This document shows, one piece after another, positions 51,081 through 62,045 of a stretch of 64,000 bases of DNA. Every line of letters begins with the position of its first letter. The stretch's first letter is position 1. Source of the stretch: Lama guanicoe (taxonomy: Eukaryota); assembly GCA_013239625.1 (NCBI GenBank), contig MU056000.1, forward strand, positions 1,984,001 to 2,048,000. Reading direction: 5' to 3'. The translations under genes were made by a program, and so were the position numbers. The notes under the pieces are model-generated. The model was not told where the DNA came from. It searched no databases and saw nothing but the letters and a program-made list of their open reading frames with translations.

Positions 51081-51244
51081 TTGTTACTGTATAGCACGGG
51101 GAACTACATTCAGTATCCTGCAATGACCTATAATGAAAAGAATGTGAAAAGGACTGGGTATATGTGTAACTAAATCACTATGCTGTGCACCTGAAATTGG
51201 GACAACATTGTAAACCAACTATACCTCAATTAAAAAAAAAAAAA
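51081..51244 (+). mobile_element. L1 3' UTR end with poly-A and possible target-site duplication
   Basis: ACTGTATAGCACGGGGAACTACATTCAGTATC..GACAACATTGTAAACCAACTATACCTCAATT(A)13. AAATTTGG occurs on both sides (51072, 51252). Confidence 0.88.
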
Positions 51245-51329
51245 GAAGAGGAAATTTGGACTGTATCTGTCAAGAGAACACCACATAGTCCATACTGAAA
51301 GTAAGAGTTTTCATTATCACAGCCACATA

Positions 51330-52270
51330 CATGCATGGTCTTAAAATGCTCAGTTTGCTCTATGAAAGTCAAATAATTAAGTACTTTATTCTGACGGAAA
51401 AAGGTGATCGACATAAAGAAGCAATTGCCTGATATATCTCCGTGTAAATCAAATTGTGTGTTAAACAGCAGAGGAATTAAACAAGGAGATATGACTAATA
51501 CAATTATTCACAATCTTGCCCTTTCATTTTCTTTGAGGGATAAAACTCGAAGACTGTCTTGCCTCACACAACTCATGATATTTACCACACATGACTAATG
51601 GAAATTCACGTCAGATAACGTAGCGCTAAGGTCGTGGTTGCCACGTCCACAGCGCCCAGCCAGGCGCCCGGCATGGGCGGACGGTGAATGATCACCTTCC
51701 CTTTAAGGCTTTATGTATGTTGTTGTATATAATACTTTCAGAAGCCTCAAAATCTAACCACACACAGCAGGCACTTCCTGGCAGCAGAGTCCCCGTGCCG
51801 ACCTGACAGAGGTCTCAGTTCTGAGAGCAAATCACTGTGTTCCCATGGAAATTCACTTGAACACGTCTACCATCTGCAATCTATACGATTAATCGCCAGG
51901 AAGGCGCATTTACACTGAAGATGGCAAAAGTCAGTTCGTCGTGGAGATTCCGGGGGTTCCCACATTATCACACCCAATCGCATCAGGAACCGGTTTTCAA
52001 TGCGTTTCTCAAAATTCCTTGTCTGATTTCTCATGTTCGGGGAGAGTCTAATTGGATTTTTAATCCTTGGCTAATCATGACACTCCAGCTTTCAGCGGAC
52101 CCTGGAAAGTCCTTTCCACCAACCTATTGTTTCAAGGCAAGCTCGAATGTAACCCGAGTCAGTAGGAAAATAGTGCAGCAGCCCCTCCACTGCGTAGATG
52201 TTACAGGGAAACAATACACGCCTTTCTCCACCAGCAGGCCGCCCGCCTTTGAAGCAGCTCTGAAATAATG
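51330..52270. promoter_or_regulatory. AT-rich unique island, possible conserved non-coding elements
   Basis: TAATTAA, GGAATTAA, CAATTA, the CGATTAATCG palindrome (51886) and CTAATTGG. Confidence 0.35.
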
Positions 52271-53030
52271 GACGGACGCCACTGGCTGTTTTCTCCTGGT
52301 TCCTGCGTTTCAATACCAGGCTTGTCTCCTCTGTTTGTCTTCAGCTAATTGCCTCAAGATCTAATAAGTTAGTGATGATGGCTTCTGTGTCCAGAAACCC
52401 AGCCCAGGAAAGATCGCGTCGCACAGTGGTGGGGGGGCGCTCAGGGATGCCTCCTCCCTGCGGCCGCCCTTCCTGGCTCCCGCGTGGGTCAGTGCCCAGC
52501 GGCGACGGGGCTGGGACCTGCACGGGTCCACAAGGGGCCAGCTTCCCTGCGGAGAGGCAGAAGGCCTTGTCACCAGCCCGCTCCGCCGGGTTGGGAAGTC
52601 ATAACGCGGGGGCCGTCACGCCGCCCGTTTTTGAGACCCATTACAGGAAAATTCAACTTTGATGAGAACTTTAATCTGGTTGTCTTTCTTGCCGTGGAAG
52701 ACGCTTTCCTGAAGTTTTATCCAATGTTCTTCCCTCCTCGGGGCAACTGAGCCTAATGAAGGAAATCACAGGGCCGGAGCAGGAGGACGCAGTCGGGGAG
52801 CCTGGGAGGCGGCTCGCCGGCCGGCACCGGTCAGAGAGCAGCGTCTTCCCCTAAAAGGAACTCAAGGCTCTTTGTCAACACGACGGTGTTCAAACTCACG
52901 CGCACGACCTGGGGGAAAGCAGCCTTTGGACCTGAAAACCGAAGCCCCGGCTTCAAGTGAGGAGGGATGTGCGTCTCAGCCCAGGGCTGGGCGTAACCGC
53001 TGGTCTTGTCCCTCCTCAGAAACACACACC

Positions 53031-53498
53031 GCGTGTCCCAGGTCTGCGGGACAATGACCGCATCCTGGGGGGCCTACACCGCAGAAAGGTGCCGTCTCAG
53101 TCTGGAGGCCAGAGGTCTCAGATCAAGGTGTGGCCGGGCCAAGCTCCCACCAAAGGCTCCAGTGGAGGGTCCTTCCTGCCTCTTCCAGCTGCCAGGGCCC
53201 CAGGTGCTCTCGGCTTCTGGCTGCATCTCCCCATCCTCTGCCTCCTCCCCCTCCATGTGGCCTCCTCCCCCGTGTCTTCATCGTCACGCGGTGTTCTCCT
53301 CTCTGTGTTTCTGTGTCCAAATTTCCCCATCTTACACAGCAGCAGTCACTGGGTCAGGCTCCACTAATCCAGTCTGAACCTGAATGTGATTACTTACACA
53401 AAGTCCCTCTTTCTAAATAAGGTCACCTTCACAGGTACAGGGATGGGGCGGTCAGGGCATTAGTGTGCCCCCTGGGGGACACAGCTCACCCCCAGGCA
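53031..53498 (-). mobile_element. MaLR solo LTR (MLT1C-like)
   Basis: TCTGGAGGCCAGA..ATCAAGGTGT..GCCTCTTCCAGCT..GTGTCCAAATTTCCC..CTAATCCAGT..AAATAAGGTCAC..GGGGGACACA. Confidence 0.85.
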
Positions 53499-54529
53499 CA
53501 CGGTGGAGAAGAGCTGCTCGCTGATCCTCAGGTGACATCCCCATGGGGCCCTGGTGTAGTCACGTGGAGGGGCCACCGTCTGGGGCGTCTCTCCTGTAGC
53601 TGGTCCTCCTTGGCCTCCCGGTGGCCACGCTGGACTTCACTCTGTCCTCAGTTTACGTCCAGGGTCTGGAGGAGTGTCTGGAGGGCTGCCATGCCGACTC
53701 ATCCTCTGTTTACATCTAGTTCTGGGTTCCTGGGTGTTGGGAGCTTGTGAGCAGAGATTCAGAGCCAGCCTCACATCTGGGGGTCTGTCTGGGCCCGGCA
53801 ATTCCGAGCTGCCCTTAAAACACCACAAAACACCGATGCTTTCTCCGGGGGTGACACTGAATAGAGGGGGCACATGGTGGGAGGGGTTAAACTGTTCAAC
53901 AAGATCGAGGTTTCCAGAAACCCTTTTCTAGGAAATGCACCCCATCCCCCACCTTACACATGCTCTGCCCTCCTCCTCCCTCCCATCCCCTCGTGCGCTG
54001 GCCAGTGCAGGAGGGTGGTCGGCATCTGGACGCGTAACTTAGCCATGTCGTAGTCCATTATTGGTGCAAGAATTCGGTCTTCTGTCTAAGCCAGCTAGTT
54101 TTTCAATTGACAAGTGACCACTTTTCAGTTTCGTTACCACTTTTCTCAGTGTTTGGCAAACGCTTAGATTTAGATGCCCGAGTTTAATCTGAAAGGTTTA
54201 CTGAGCTAAATATAGACTCCACATCAAATAGTGTATTCAATCTCAGAGGTCTGGACTGGGTGTGTGCTCAGGAAACAATAATCATTTTCTTAATAAAAGA
54301 TGCTACTCAGTTTATTTTGAAAAAATGTCTCCAACTTATAATGTATTTTAAATAGTTTTTTTTTAATGAATTGGTCCATGCTTCACAGTCTTTGGTGTTA
54401 TAATAAACTCTCTCAAAAGACATCACAAATACACATGAGATGCACATGTGCTTTGAAAGCTGTGTTTGAGGAAGACTTAACCCTTTTTCTGATTGAGATC
54501 ATGTTTGCTGTTCTCTTTGTGTAAAATAT

Positions 54530-56280
54530 GTCTAAGAATTCTACTTCTCCTGCAAAAATAAATGATAAATTATTTATAGATACCAATTATTTATTATTAT
54601 TTATGCAAAGCTTGTCACATTATGCATGCATAAGAGGATTAAATCACCGTTAACCCACAGTGCCTTTAGGGCCATCAGATGACAGGCAAAAGGTGGCATG
54701 TGGGTGTCACATCAGCAAATATATGCCTTCGGAGCCGCCACAGTGTTTACGAACACGACTGCTCTGATGTACTTAATAGGAAGGGAAATACGGTATCAGA
54801 ACTGTATCAACCAATAACGCTTTTCCGCCTAATTCTAAATTTGATTATCCTGGCACTAAATAGATAACTCAAACAACGACATGCCGTGTGCATTATAATG
54901 TAGACATAAAATGCCCATTAGTTTAAGCTTGAAACTAAAAGACACAGATGAGCTCAACTTAAAAAAAAATGTGCTTTTCCCAAGGCAATGCTTTCGTCAT
55001 ATAATGACGACGTATTACAATCAAGAAACAGAGATACATCAGGAAAACGCCGAGATGCTGTGACTCGTCGGGGTGCTTCCTGATGGCACTCTGAATTTCA
55101 AGGCAAATCCAGTGAAGGTATTTTTTTTTCCAAAATACTAATGCATATAAATGAAATTATTAGCAACATTCATTTTTAATGGGAAAGCTAATGGAGGGCT
55201 TGCAAAATGATATCACGACCCTTTGATCGTGTGCAGGAAAGCTTTCCCGTTCCTCGGGCAAACATTATATCCAGTGTGATGATGCTAAAGAACCACCCAT
55301 CTTTGCTATTGACACTTTGATGATGTGGGAGATTTTAGAGTTATCCTGGAGGTCTGCGCCCGCTTCTGCTGGGTCTGCTGTGCGGTTCGGGCTTGGATGG
55401 AGGCGGGCCCTGGAGCAGAGGGGGCGTTCTGCGGGGGAGGGCCACAAAAAGCAAAAACGACCACCTGTCTATTGAAACAGTTAGCTTGCCTGTGGGGTGT
55501 TCTGGAGGGGCGAGTTATCTGATTTTTTTTCCTTGATCAGAATTGCCCCATCACTGAGTGCACATCTGTAGTTGCGTGATGTTTACTGCTCGCTGTGGTC
55601 CCATTTCGAGTCACATTGGCTTATTCTGTCCACACGGGTATCATGCAACTCTGTGATGTTACACAGCAGCATTCAAAACGCTAGAAGACGCGCTGCATCA
55701 GCTCTCGTGCTGGACAGAACCAGCGGGCATTCCCATTACGTCACAACCCTACTTCCCATTACGTCACAGCCCCGCTGTTTTCCAGCCACAAGAGTGACAT
55801 CCTGCCATCCTGCCAAGACTCACGTTAAGACTCGGTCAGCCTTCCACCGTTTTTACCCGTTTCTTGCAAACAGGGTTCGCAGCACCTCTGTTCCTGCTTG
55901 GTAATTAGTCCCTCCAGAAGCTCCCTCTCTCCGATTTACAATAGTATCATTTCTTTGCTTTCAATTTAAGCTCTCTTCGGTTCTGCCCTCAGACAATAGC
56001 CTTTGAGATGTAGCGCACTCTTTATATTCAAGGCAGATATATCCTAAGACCTTGGTGAATCCCCAAATTTACAAATTTCACTATGGAATATAATTCCCCT
56101 CATAAAAAGCAGTTAAGTGTAGCTGAAAATTTTAGACGGTGTGTTAAGGCCATCTATGAATCAACAGAGAACCAAAGGTATTTATGAGGTGATTAACATC
56201 AGTCCTCTCCTGAAGATAAACGACACTGCATCAAAACGCTGCTGGAGTCATTTCAACCGTTTGTTTTCTGTAAGTCAGCA
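54530..56280. promoter_or_regulatory. Putative conserved non-coding element cluster 6 (unmasked)
   Basis: AT-rich unique DNA with GGATTA (Otx/Pitx-type), TCF CCTTTGAT (55219), many TAAT cores and several short palindromes. Confidence 0.45.
55730..55768. repeat. Direct duplication of 16 bp TTCCCATTACGTCACA (23-bp period)
   Basis: Copies at 55730-55745 and 55753-55768. Confidence 0.85.
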
Positions 56281-57281
56281 GAACTGGGTGGGGGGGGCTT
56301 ATTCTGGGCACCACAGGAATATTCCAAGGATGAAGGCATGGGGACGTGTCCCCAGCTGACCTACGGTCGGATGCAAGTTTAGGTACCATTGGCGGGGCGG
56401 GTGCTGTGTGAGAAAACCAAACAGGGAGGCAGAACGCTGCTCGCCACGGCTGACTGTCAGGACCCCTAGGAGCTGAGATACTGATGCTGGCACCCAGCGC
56501 CGAAGGCTCAGATGCGGTTTGTCCAGGGCAGGGCTCAGGGACCGGAGTGACTTTTAACTCCACGTGAGTCTACATGCAGCCAAAGACGACCCCCAGACCC
56601 AGGAGAGACCCGTGAGAGACCCATGAGAGACGGAGGGGTTGTTTTGCTTTACTGTGAAATGTAAACAGGTTTAACGATAGATGTGTATCTCTTGCCAGCT
56701 CTATGCCACGAGCAGGTGACCGGTGACGCAGGCATGGATGGCATTGTCGCTCACACATCAGCAGAGACCCCGCCCGGCCCTCTGATGGGACGGGAGCTCA
56801 GTTCCCACCGGGGTGTGGAGACGCCGGGACCCAACACCAGCTGCCCGGTGCCAGGCGTGCAGCATCTCCCGGCCTTGCTTCCTCCTCGTAAAAGGAAGGC
56901 AACAATCACACTGACTTCTGAGGGCCGCGGGGGCTCTCCAACGACACGGACGTGCAAGTTCTTCCCAGCGGCCGAACCTCCCCCCGGGCTGTGGGCGCCT
57001 GGCCTCTTCCGGCTTCACTGCTCGGGTTCTTTGGGTCACGTGCACCAACCACCCACGTGTCCAGCAGCTCTCATCTCACAGGGACGCCGGCAGCGCACGT
57101 AGGCGCTCATCACACAGGTGTCCCCTGGATGGCGTCGGCGGTGACACGGATTAGGACAGCGGGCAGAGCGTGGCACCGAGCCTCTCCCTGTGTTTGGTAT
57201 AAACAGCTGGCGCTGTTGGCCTCAAAATCCTCCCAAGCCAAGTAGAACCTGAGTGCTGGCTCCATCTGTGGGCAGGTCCCC

Positions 57282-57382
57282 AGACACACACAGGCACAGG
57301 CACACGCTCGCGGGCACACTCATGGACACTCACACACACATCCACTCTCCCACACTCGTGGACTCACACCCACACACACACA
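57282..57382. repeat. Degenerate (CA)n tract
   Basis: ACACACACAGGCACAGGCACAC..GGACACTCACACACACA..CACACACACA. Confidence 0.7.
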
Positions 57383-59409
57383 GGGTCCTCTGGCCACACT
57401 GACCAGCTCCACGTCCCAGGATGCTCTCGTTCGTGCTTGGCTTGAAGACTCTGTCTGAAGGTCCAGAAAGATGTTTTCACCTCCTGGCCTCCCGCCGTCT
57501 GGCCCAGGACCCCACACAGACTCTGCCATCTGTGTTTGCTCCCAGACCGTCTGGGACCCCATCCCAGCGGTGGCGCCAAGGCTTCAGTCCTGGGATCCTT
57601 CAGAACAGACAGGGCAGCCGAGGGAGTGAGGCAACCTGCTCAATCTCTCAGCTTGGAGCTGACGGAGGGGATGTTTCAAGACCGGAGCTGCCCCCAGACC
57701 TGCTGTCTAAGAATGCAGAGGTGGACCCCCGAGTCAGTGCTGTTCAAATGCTGGTGGATGAGGCGTGTTTCCAGGAGATGGGGGTAGGGGCATGGAGAAG
57801 GGAGGAACCCCTTCAAGGGGTGTGCCCCCCACGCAGCAGCAGGGGCCCAGCCTGCCTGAGGGCGGACGGAGGGGCTCCCCCCCGGCGGCGCGGGGGCTGC
57901 ACATGTGAGGCTGAGAGGCTAGCTCACGTGTTTCATGTGGGAGGTTCAGGGACTTCATCTCCTGAATCAAAGCTGACATGGCTTTAAGGACCCTGGACAG
58001 TTCCTTCGCTCCTTAGGAAAAGCAGGTGGAACCTCAGTGCGGTCCGTCCAGATCCAGCCGCAGAGTCACTCACGCTCAGAGCATCCCAACCCCTCGTGCT
58101 CTCGGGGGCGTCCTCGGAAAGACACACCTGCACCGCCTCGCCGGGCTGCTTGGAGCGGAGAGGGCAGAGGGCCACCCAGTCTCACCCGTGTCCGCCACGT
58201 CTGTGTCCCCAAAGGGCTGTGTGTGCTCATGTGTGCGCATGCGTGGGGCACACGTGCGTGCGTCTGTGGGTGCAGAACGTAAAACTGTTGCAGATACAAA
58301 CAGGTCGTCACCTGTAAAGCACGATTCCCCGGACGGCCCCAGCACAGACACAGACGCGCAGGCCCGCTGCCTTCAGCCATTCACAAGGATAATTAGCGTG
58401 GGGCGTCTGCCGGGGACCCTGCGAGGGCTAGTGTCCATCTTGTTTGTCACTGTTTCTCTCCTAATCCCCTCTAATGAGGGTTTATGTTAACAAGGATAAG
58501 CCCTCGCTGCGTGCACCCACCCGGCCAGCTGCGCTGGTGGAGGACACGCTGCTCCAGTGTCACCGCCCTTGGCTCTGTGGCCACGGGACGACAAGGGCGC
58601 CCACAGGAGACGCTCCCGGGGCTCAGGCACACGGCACGGGGTGGTGGGTGGCCCCCACCTCCACTTCTGCTCTCCCTGGCGTTCTAGTTCTGTTTACTTT
58701 CTGGAGCTGGCAGCTGTCAACGACGTTCTGTCCTGAAGGAAGACACCCTGAGCCTCTGCTTTGGATCCTGGCGAAGCCCATCGGCCCCTCCCTGTAAGAC
58801 GGCCATGACAGCCGGGCCGGGCGGGGCCACTCGAGGCTGTTTGCTGGGACCCGAAGACCTTTCTGAAGTCAGAACCACGACTCGGATCTACCCAGGCTTG
58901 GCCACAAGGCTCTGATCCTCTCACCTCTCGCAGCGGTGCTGGGCCTTCCCGTCACTCTGCAGAATCCAAGGAGCATGTCCGTGGCAGAGACGTGAGGGCG
59001 GCGCTGTGTGGACGGGCAGGGCCCTCTGGGCGGGCTCGTCCTGGCTGCGTTATTTATTCAGAGCTCAGATCACAGTGGAAAAGAAGACAAAACGTGTGAA
59101 TGAGCAAAGAACATGGCTTTTGTTTGGGGTCAGACTATGGTGGCCTTAAATTAGGGGGCTGCATGAGGTGTATGCTCCCTTGGGTGGGTGTGTGAGAACC
59201 CACTCAGCCAGGAGGCCACAGACTCCGTGGGGTGAAGGGACCTGTCACAGACTCGGTCAGGGTCTCCCAGGCCCCTGGGCGCACCCTGTGTGCACACACA
59301 CCCCCAGGTCCTCCCAACACCTCTGTGTGTCCTGGGGGCTCCCTCACACCTCGGACAGGCTGCACGGCTGGAGCGACCCTGAACCCATGATGGACAGGAC
59401 TCGGCCAGG

Positions 59410-59818
59410 GTGGCAGTTCCCTGTAGAGGTGGTAACAAGAGCCAGGCACTGAGGAGGACCTCACACAACAGAGCTGTATGCCAGATGCCAGCAGCCCCAG
59501 GGGCAGCAGGGCCTGGCCTCCTCTAAGGCTCCGGGGGAGCCCTGTCTGCCCCCTCCTCACGGGGCCTCCCCTCTGTGTCTCGGCCCCCCTCCCCTCTGTG
59601 TCTCGGCCCCCCCTCCCCTCTGTGTCTCGGCTCCCCCTCCCCTCTGTGTCTCGGTCTCCTCTCCTCAGAAGGACCCAGTCCTGTGGGCTTGGGGCATGGT
59701 CTCACCTTAACTCATCATACCTGCCTAGACCCCATTTCCAAATGAAGGCATATACACAGGTATCCACTGAGGGTAGGGCTTGAATATAACTTTTGGGGGT
59801 GCAATTCAACCCACAACA
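59410..59818 (-). mobile_element. MaLR solo LTR (MLT1A/B-like) with internal minisatellite
   Basis: GTAACAA..ACAACAGA..CAGCAGGGC..AAGGAC..CCTTAACT..ATTTCCAAAT..TTTTGGGGG..AATTCAACCCACAACA. Confidence 0.75.
59565..59654. repeat. Minisatellite, 4 copies of an approximately 23-24 bp unit (CTCCCCTCTGTGTCTCGG plus C-tract)
   Basis: Seen directly; ORF 59478 reads a PLPSVSR repeat across it. Confidence 0.9.
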
Positions 59819-61232
59819 AGGGGACCTCCATCTCCACACCCCTGGGGAGCTCTGGGTGGAAACCTGTCCCAGCCCTCCTCACCCCCGGGGCTCACGTCCC
59901 ACCCTCCCCGCGCTGGGGCTCCTGGGGCAGCGTCTCTCATGTAAACCCTTGGCTCAGGGCTTGTATGGAAGCTCAAGTCCACACGGGGCCCTAGGAGCCT
60001 TGTTAGTTTATGAGTGACGTGTCTGGGGTCAGACACGTGGCCGTCTGTGGGAAAACAAGTCACTCGTAGAGCAGGAAGTGACCTGGACCTCAGCGTCTGA
60101 GGGGTGACTTCTCCCTGCGCAGGTGACCCCCACTGGCATGTCCAGCACCCAGGTGGGAGGGTGGCTCACACATCACCCACCCAGACCACCGTGCCCCGCC
60201 CAGAGCAGCTCTGGGCATCCATCCTCCCTCAGGAGCTGGGACCGAGGGCTGATCTGGGACCCACATCCTGGCTCATCGGCAGGACGGGGTGGTGGTTCCT
60301 TGTCCCGACCGGGTAAGAGCACGTAAGTTGATATTTTCAACAGCAGACGTAATCGCTGTGGGGACTCAGAGCATCAGATACACAGCACAAGGGGAAGGGC
60401 AGCTCAGGCCATCCTTGTGGACGCTCAGAGAAACCGAAGGAAGCCTGTTCACACTGTCTGGTGGCGAGAAGGCACAGGCTGCGTCCCACAGCCTGCAGGA
60501 CGCCCCACCTCTGGCCGGCTCTGGGGGTCGGCTGGGTTACAGAGAAGGAAATACGGGTCAGGACCAAAGGCTGGTTTTCATTCCTAACGGCAACTATCCT
60601 GCCATCTAGACATGAGGCTGTCAGGAGGCTCTCCCACGGGAGCAGCACCCCACATCCCTCAGGGACACGCCCCTCTGAGACTGGACGCCCGCCTGGCCCA
60701 CAGGTGGGGTGCGGCCACGAGAAAGTGCACATGCGCAGCGTGTGCCCAGGGCTGGGGCTGTCGCATCTGCTGTAAAACCGTGCAGGGGACGCATGGGTCT
60801 CCCTCCGCCACGTGGTTCGCCCGACCCATCGCCAGTTTGCTTCTGGAGAAGGAGGCAGAGGTAGAGGACTGCTTCCTCAGCTTGTTCGTCTTCATCTTCT
60901 TGGCAGTGAATCAACTTCAAGACACACTTTGCAACGTGTCATCTTCTGTCACGCGCTGGGTTGAGCTGTCCATCAGGGCAGCGGACCTGTGGCCGCAGCT
61001 TTATCCCTCCTTCCTGGGCCACTTGAGGAGGACAACAGGTGTGTGAGAGACGGTCTCGAGGCAGACTGGCCAGGCAGGAAGGACCCTGCAGCCTTGCAGC
61101 CTCTGTCCCTCCTTCTACCCACGTCCAGCAGCTCAGCGGCTTCCAAGACCGACTGGAAGGTGCTTAGGACGCTTAGGGCTGGCGAGACAGTGAAGCCGCG
61201 CCGGTCCTGATGGACCCCTTCCTCCTCCTGCT

Positions 61233-61490
61233 TAGTTGAAGCAGAGCTGATTTATGGCGTTGTGTTAGTTTCCGTGCGCAGCACAGCGATTCGGTCACGC
61301 ACACACATGGCTACTCTTTGTCATACTCTTTTCGTTATAGGTTATGACAAGCCATTGAATAGAGTTCGCCGTGCTGTACAGTGGGAGCCTGTTGTTGATC
61401 TGTTTTATAGCTAGTGGTGTGTATCTGCTCATCCCAGACTCAGTGTATCCGTCCCCCCGTGCCCCACTCCGCTAACCTCTTCGGTTTCGA
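61233..61490 (-). mobile_element. L1 3' UTR end, antisense
   Basis: TTGAAGCAGAGCTGATTTA..GTTGTGTTAGTTTC..TTATAGGTTATGACAAG..TTGAATAGAGTTC..GTGTATCTGCTCATCCCAGACTC. Confidence 0.88.
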
Positions 61491-61621
61491 GGCTTGTTTA
61501 AGCACAGTGCATCCTGAGCCCAACAGCCCCCTCCGGACCCTGAGGAGGACGTGCAGGGAGCGCCCCTGTCCTCAGCGCTTTGCCAGGAAGTCTTTGCCGC
61601 CCATCCTAGAGAATAACTGAC

Positions 61622-62045
61622 TGCAGTCAGGGTCACCTGTGTCCACAAAGACTCACAGAAGCAGCCCGAGCCTGGCACCTCGGAGCGTGGCTTTATTGGG
61701 AAACAGGGTGTTTGCAGATGGAATCGAGTTTAAATGAGGTCACTGGGGGGTCTGATCCACGTGTCCTTATGAAAAGGGGAGGTTTGCACACAGACACAGA
61801 CCGGGGGACGGCGTGAGAAGATGGACGCAGAGACCAGGTGACGCTTCTACAAACCAAGGAGGCCAAAGTTCGCCAATCAACCCCAGAAGCCGGGGAAGGG
61901 CCTGAGCAGATTCTCCCTCAGCCTCAGCAGGAACCAGCCCTGCTGACGCCTGGATCTTCTGGCTCCGGACTGGGGGGCGATGCACTCCTGCCTTTATGCC
62001 CCTCGGTTGGTGGTGTTTATTACAGCCGCCCCAACACGTAATGCA
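61622..62045 (+). mobile_element. MaLR solo LTR (MLT1B/C-like)
   Basis: TTATTGGGAAACAGGGTGTTTGCAGATG..AAATGAGGTCA..GTGTCCTTAT..CAGATTCTCCCTCAG..GGAACCAGCCCTGCTGAC..TTACAGCCGCC, with TG...CA ends. Confidence 0.88.

Noticed and set aside
10519-51930. Near-identical 18-mer CACTGAAGATGGCARAAG at 10519 and 51913
   Set aside because: A 17/18 match is roughly expected by chance among all pairs in 64 kb, and the flanks do not align.
59565-59654. CRISPR-like repeat array
   Set aside because: No unique spacers, no cas genes, and a mammalian context; it is a simple minisatellite.
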